DNA from: Okamejei kenojei | Taxonomy: Eukaryota | Direction: 5' to 3' | NCBI GenBank assembly: GCA_035221665.1 | Contig: CM069132.1 | Location: forward strand, 94,860,001-94,924,000 | DNA length: 64,000 nucleotides | Shown here: positions 61,855 through 64,000 of the stretch, one piece after another | Position numbering within the stretch: position 1 is the stretch's first letter | Layout of the letters: each line of letters begins with the position of its first letter | Program-made: the position numbers and the translations under genes | The notes under the pieces: model-generated | Told to the model about the DNA's origin: nothing | The model's database searches: none | Seen by the model: only the letters and a program-made list of their open reading frames with translations

Positions 61855-64000
61855 CTAACCCGACTTAACTCTTATGTCCAGTATGAACATTTTAAAATGG
61901 AAACTTTCAGTACTGCTAAGCTACTTGTATCAAAAGGGTGTTATATGCAACCATAGATCTGAAAGATGCATATTATTCAGTACCAATTCATCACCAATAC
62001 CGTAGATACTTGAAATTTAGTTGGATGAGACAGCTGTGGCAATTTAAATCTTTGCCCAATGGGTTAACCTCAGTCCTAGGTTATTTACAAAATTGTTGAA
62101 ACCAATATCAGGGCTACTCCGCACTCAAAATCACATTGTAATGGCATACTTGGATGATGTTTCTGATCATAGGCAAAACTCAGGAAGCAGCTGAGGAATC
62201 GGGTTTAGTTACCAAACACCTGTTTGAGAGGTTAGGTTCCTCATCCTTCCAATTAATAAATCCAAATTAGCACCATCTAGAATGATTGACTATTTGGGGT
62301 TCATCATTGATTTAACTAACATGTACGTGATTTTGCCTACAGCCAAAACTGTAGAAATTATGAAGGCCTGTAGCAATCTGGTAGATGAACAACAACAGAT
62401 GAGTAGCCAGTGTTATTGGTAAATTAGTGGCGGGTTTTCCCTGCAGTACAGTTCGGACCTCTGCACTATCAGAATGTGCAACGAGCTAAAGAACAAGCAC
62501 TGAAAGAACATGCAGGTCATTTTTGATAGACCAATGCAGTTGCCAGCCGAAGCTATCGCTGAGTAGCGATGGTGGATAACTAATGTCTCACGATGTACTA
62601 GAGACATTCTGACTCAATAACCTTCAGTTTTACAAACTAATGTGAGTGCTTCAGGATGGGGAGCCACTGATACCGAGTCTAGCTGTGGTGGCAGATGGAG
62701 TGTGCAAGAGGCATTAATTCTGCAGAGGCATGGGATAAACTATGTAGAATTGCTGGGTGCATTCTATGGCCTAAAAGCATTCTGCTCAACAATGCATGAT
62801 TTACATGTTCAGCTTCAGATTGACAATACCACAGCTGTTGCATATATCAATCACATGGGTGGAATTAGGTCATTATCATGTGACAATTTGGCTAACCTCA
62901 TCTGGCACTGGTGCATTACAAGAAACATCTGGGTCTCAGATATCTACCTACCAGGTAGAGATAACGTGAAAGTGGCAGACACCAGGTCACGTAAATTCAA
63001 TGACAACACAGAATGGATGCTGAATCCAAAAGTTTTTAAAATGAATGTCAGCCGGTATGGATTGCCAGACATAGATCTGTTGTATCCATGTTAAATCCAG
63101 TTACCTAAATATGTCTCCAGTTACCTAAATATGTCTTATGGGAACCGGATTCAGGGGCAGTAGCAGTGGATGCATTCTCGCTACATTGGGATGTACGTTC
63201 TTTTATGCTTTTTCCTCATTCTGCCTCATCAGTCAATGTCTCACCAAAATAGAGCACGACTATACTATAGGCGTTTTGGTAGTTCCTAACTGTCCCACAC
63301 AGCCATGGTTCCCATTGAGCCTGAGACAGATGACACAGCCATTCATGGCTATCCCCAAATGCAGCAACTTGTTGGTTCACCCTGGGACAGGAGAGAGTCA
63401 CCCTTTACATGATCGTATTAATCTGTTGATTTGTATATTCTAACCAGACCGTTCCAGGGACTCGGACTATCGAGTAGGACCATGGATGTGATTATAGCGG
63501 CCTGGAGAGATAGTACTAAAAAACAATATGTATCTCATATTAATAAATGGGAGATGTACTGTTTACAGTCAAATAATACTCATACTGCAGGCATACCGGA
63601 TGTATTGGAGGAGTTCCTTGCTACATTGCATTTTGACGAGCAGTTGAGCTATAGTGCCATTAATAGTGCTCAAAGTGCTTTGTCCTCCTATTTAGGGCAA
63701 GGGTCAGGACAACACTCTGTCAGATCTCATCCATTGGTGGCTCGATTCATGAGAGGTATTTTAACAAAAACCCTCCCAGACCTAGATATAGGGAAATCTG
63801 GGATGTGAGCATAGTTCCCACACTGCTTCGGCAATGGGCTCCAATTACATCTCTGTCTTTCCAGAAGTTAACGCTCAAAGTGGTCATGCTCATGGCGCTA
63901 GTGTCAGCGCAATGGGTTCAGATATTGCAAAAGCTACGACTGGACAGCATGCATTCTTCGGTAGATAATGTTACGTTTTATGTATATGATCTAATCAAAC

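Larger units (their letters stand above)
58509..64000 (+). mobile_element. DIRS1-like retrotransposon, copy 2 (runs off the window end; degraded)
   Basis: Left end ATTTTACTTCGGAGTCATGTGAGTGA. RT (HFKME, DLKDAYY, YLDD), RNase H 62642-63094 (GWGA, INYVELLG, DNTTAVAYIN), methyltransferase-like 63138-63443 (YAFSS, degenerate from YAFPP) and YR from 63431. Confidence 0.93.

Noticed and set aside
63097-63136. 20-bp tandem duplication CCAGTTACCTAAATATGTCT
   Set aside because: An ordinary local duplication in a decayed DIRS copy.
1-64000. CRISPR arrays, prokaryotic operons, tRNA or rRNA genes
   Set aside because: No regularly spaced repeats or bacterial gene organisation were seen, and the tRNA-like boxes belong to SINE heads.

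Overview
This is eukaryotic, repeat-dominated DNA with no host protein-coding exon that I can support. The repeat content (tRNA-derived V-SINEs with CR1-type tails, abundant CR1, Penelope-derived short repeats) suggests an elasmobranch, probably a skate or ray; that is inference. It contains three DIRS tyrosine-recombinase retrotransposons (232-4119 with both ends, a degraded minus-strand copy from 52268, and one from 58509 running off the window end). It also has a full-length Gypsy LTR element (38707-45437) with a nested PIF/Harbinger transposon, an internally deleted L1 inside a CR1, Tx1, Rex/Babar, RTE-X and Penelope fragments, two hAT-like non-autonomous elements, and a gapped (GA)n/(GATA)n block. 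The most notable result is two different short insertions (13941-14080, +, 140 bp; 5985-6135, -, 151 bp). Each is flanked by a target-site duplication (TSD), and each begins exactly at G1 of a sequence that folds into an HDV/CPEB3-like self-cleaving ribozyme, which suggests ribozyme-headed non-autonomous retroelements. Other notable items are a ~130-bp Penelope-derived unit with a hammerhead-like motif, a Gypsy element whose primer-binding position is complementary to its own LTR, and a 94-nt U2 snRNA retrocopy inside a DIRS element. All alignments and folds were done by eye and no database search was run.
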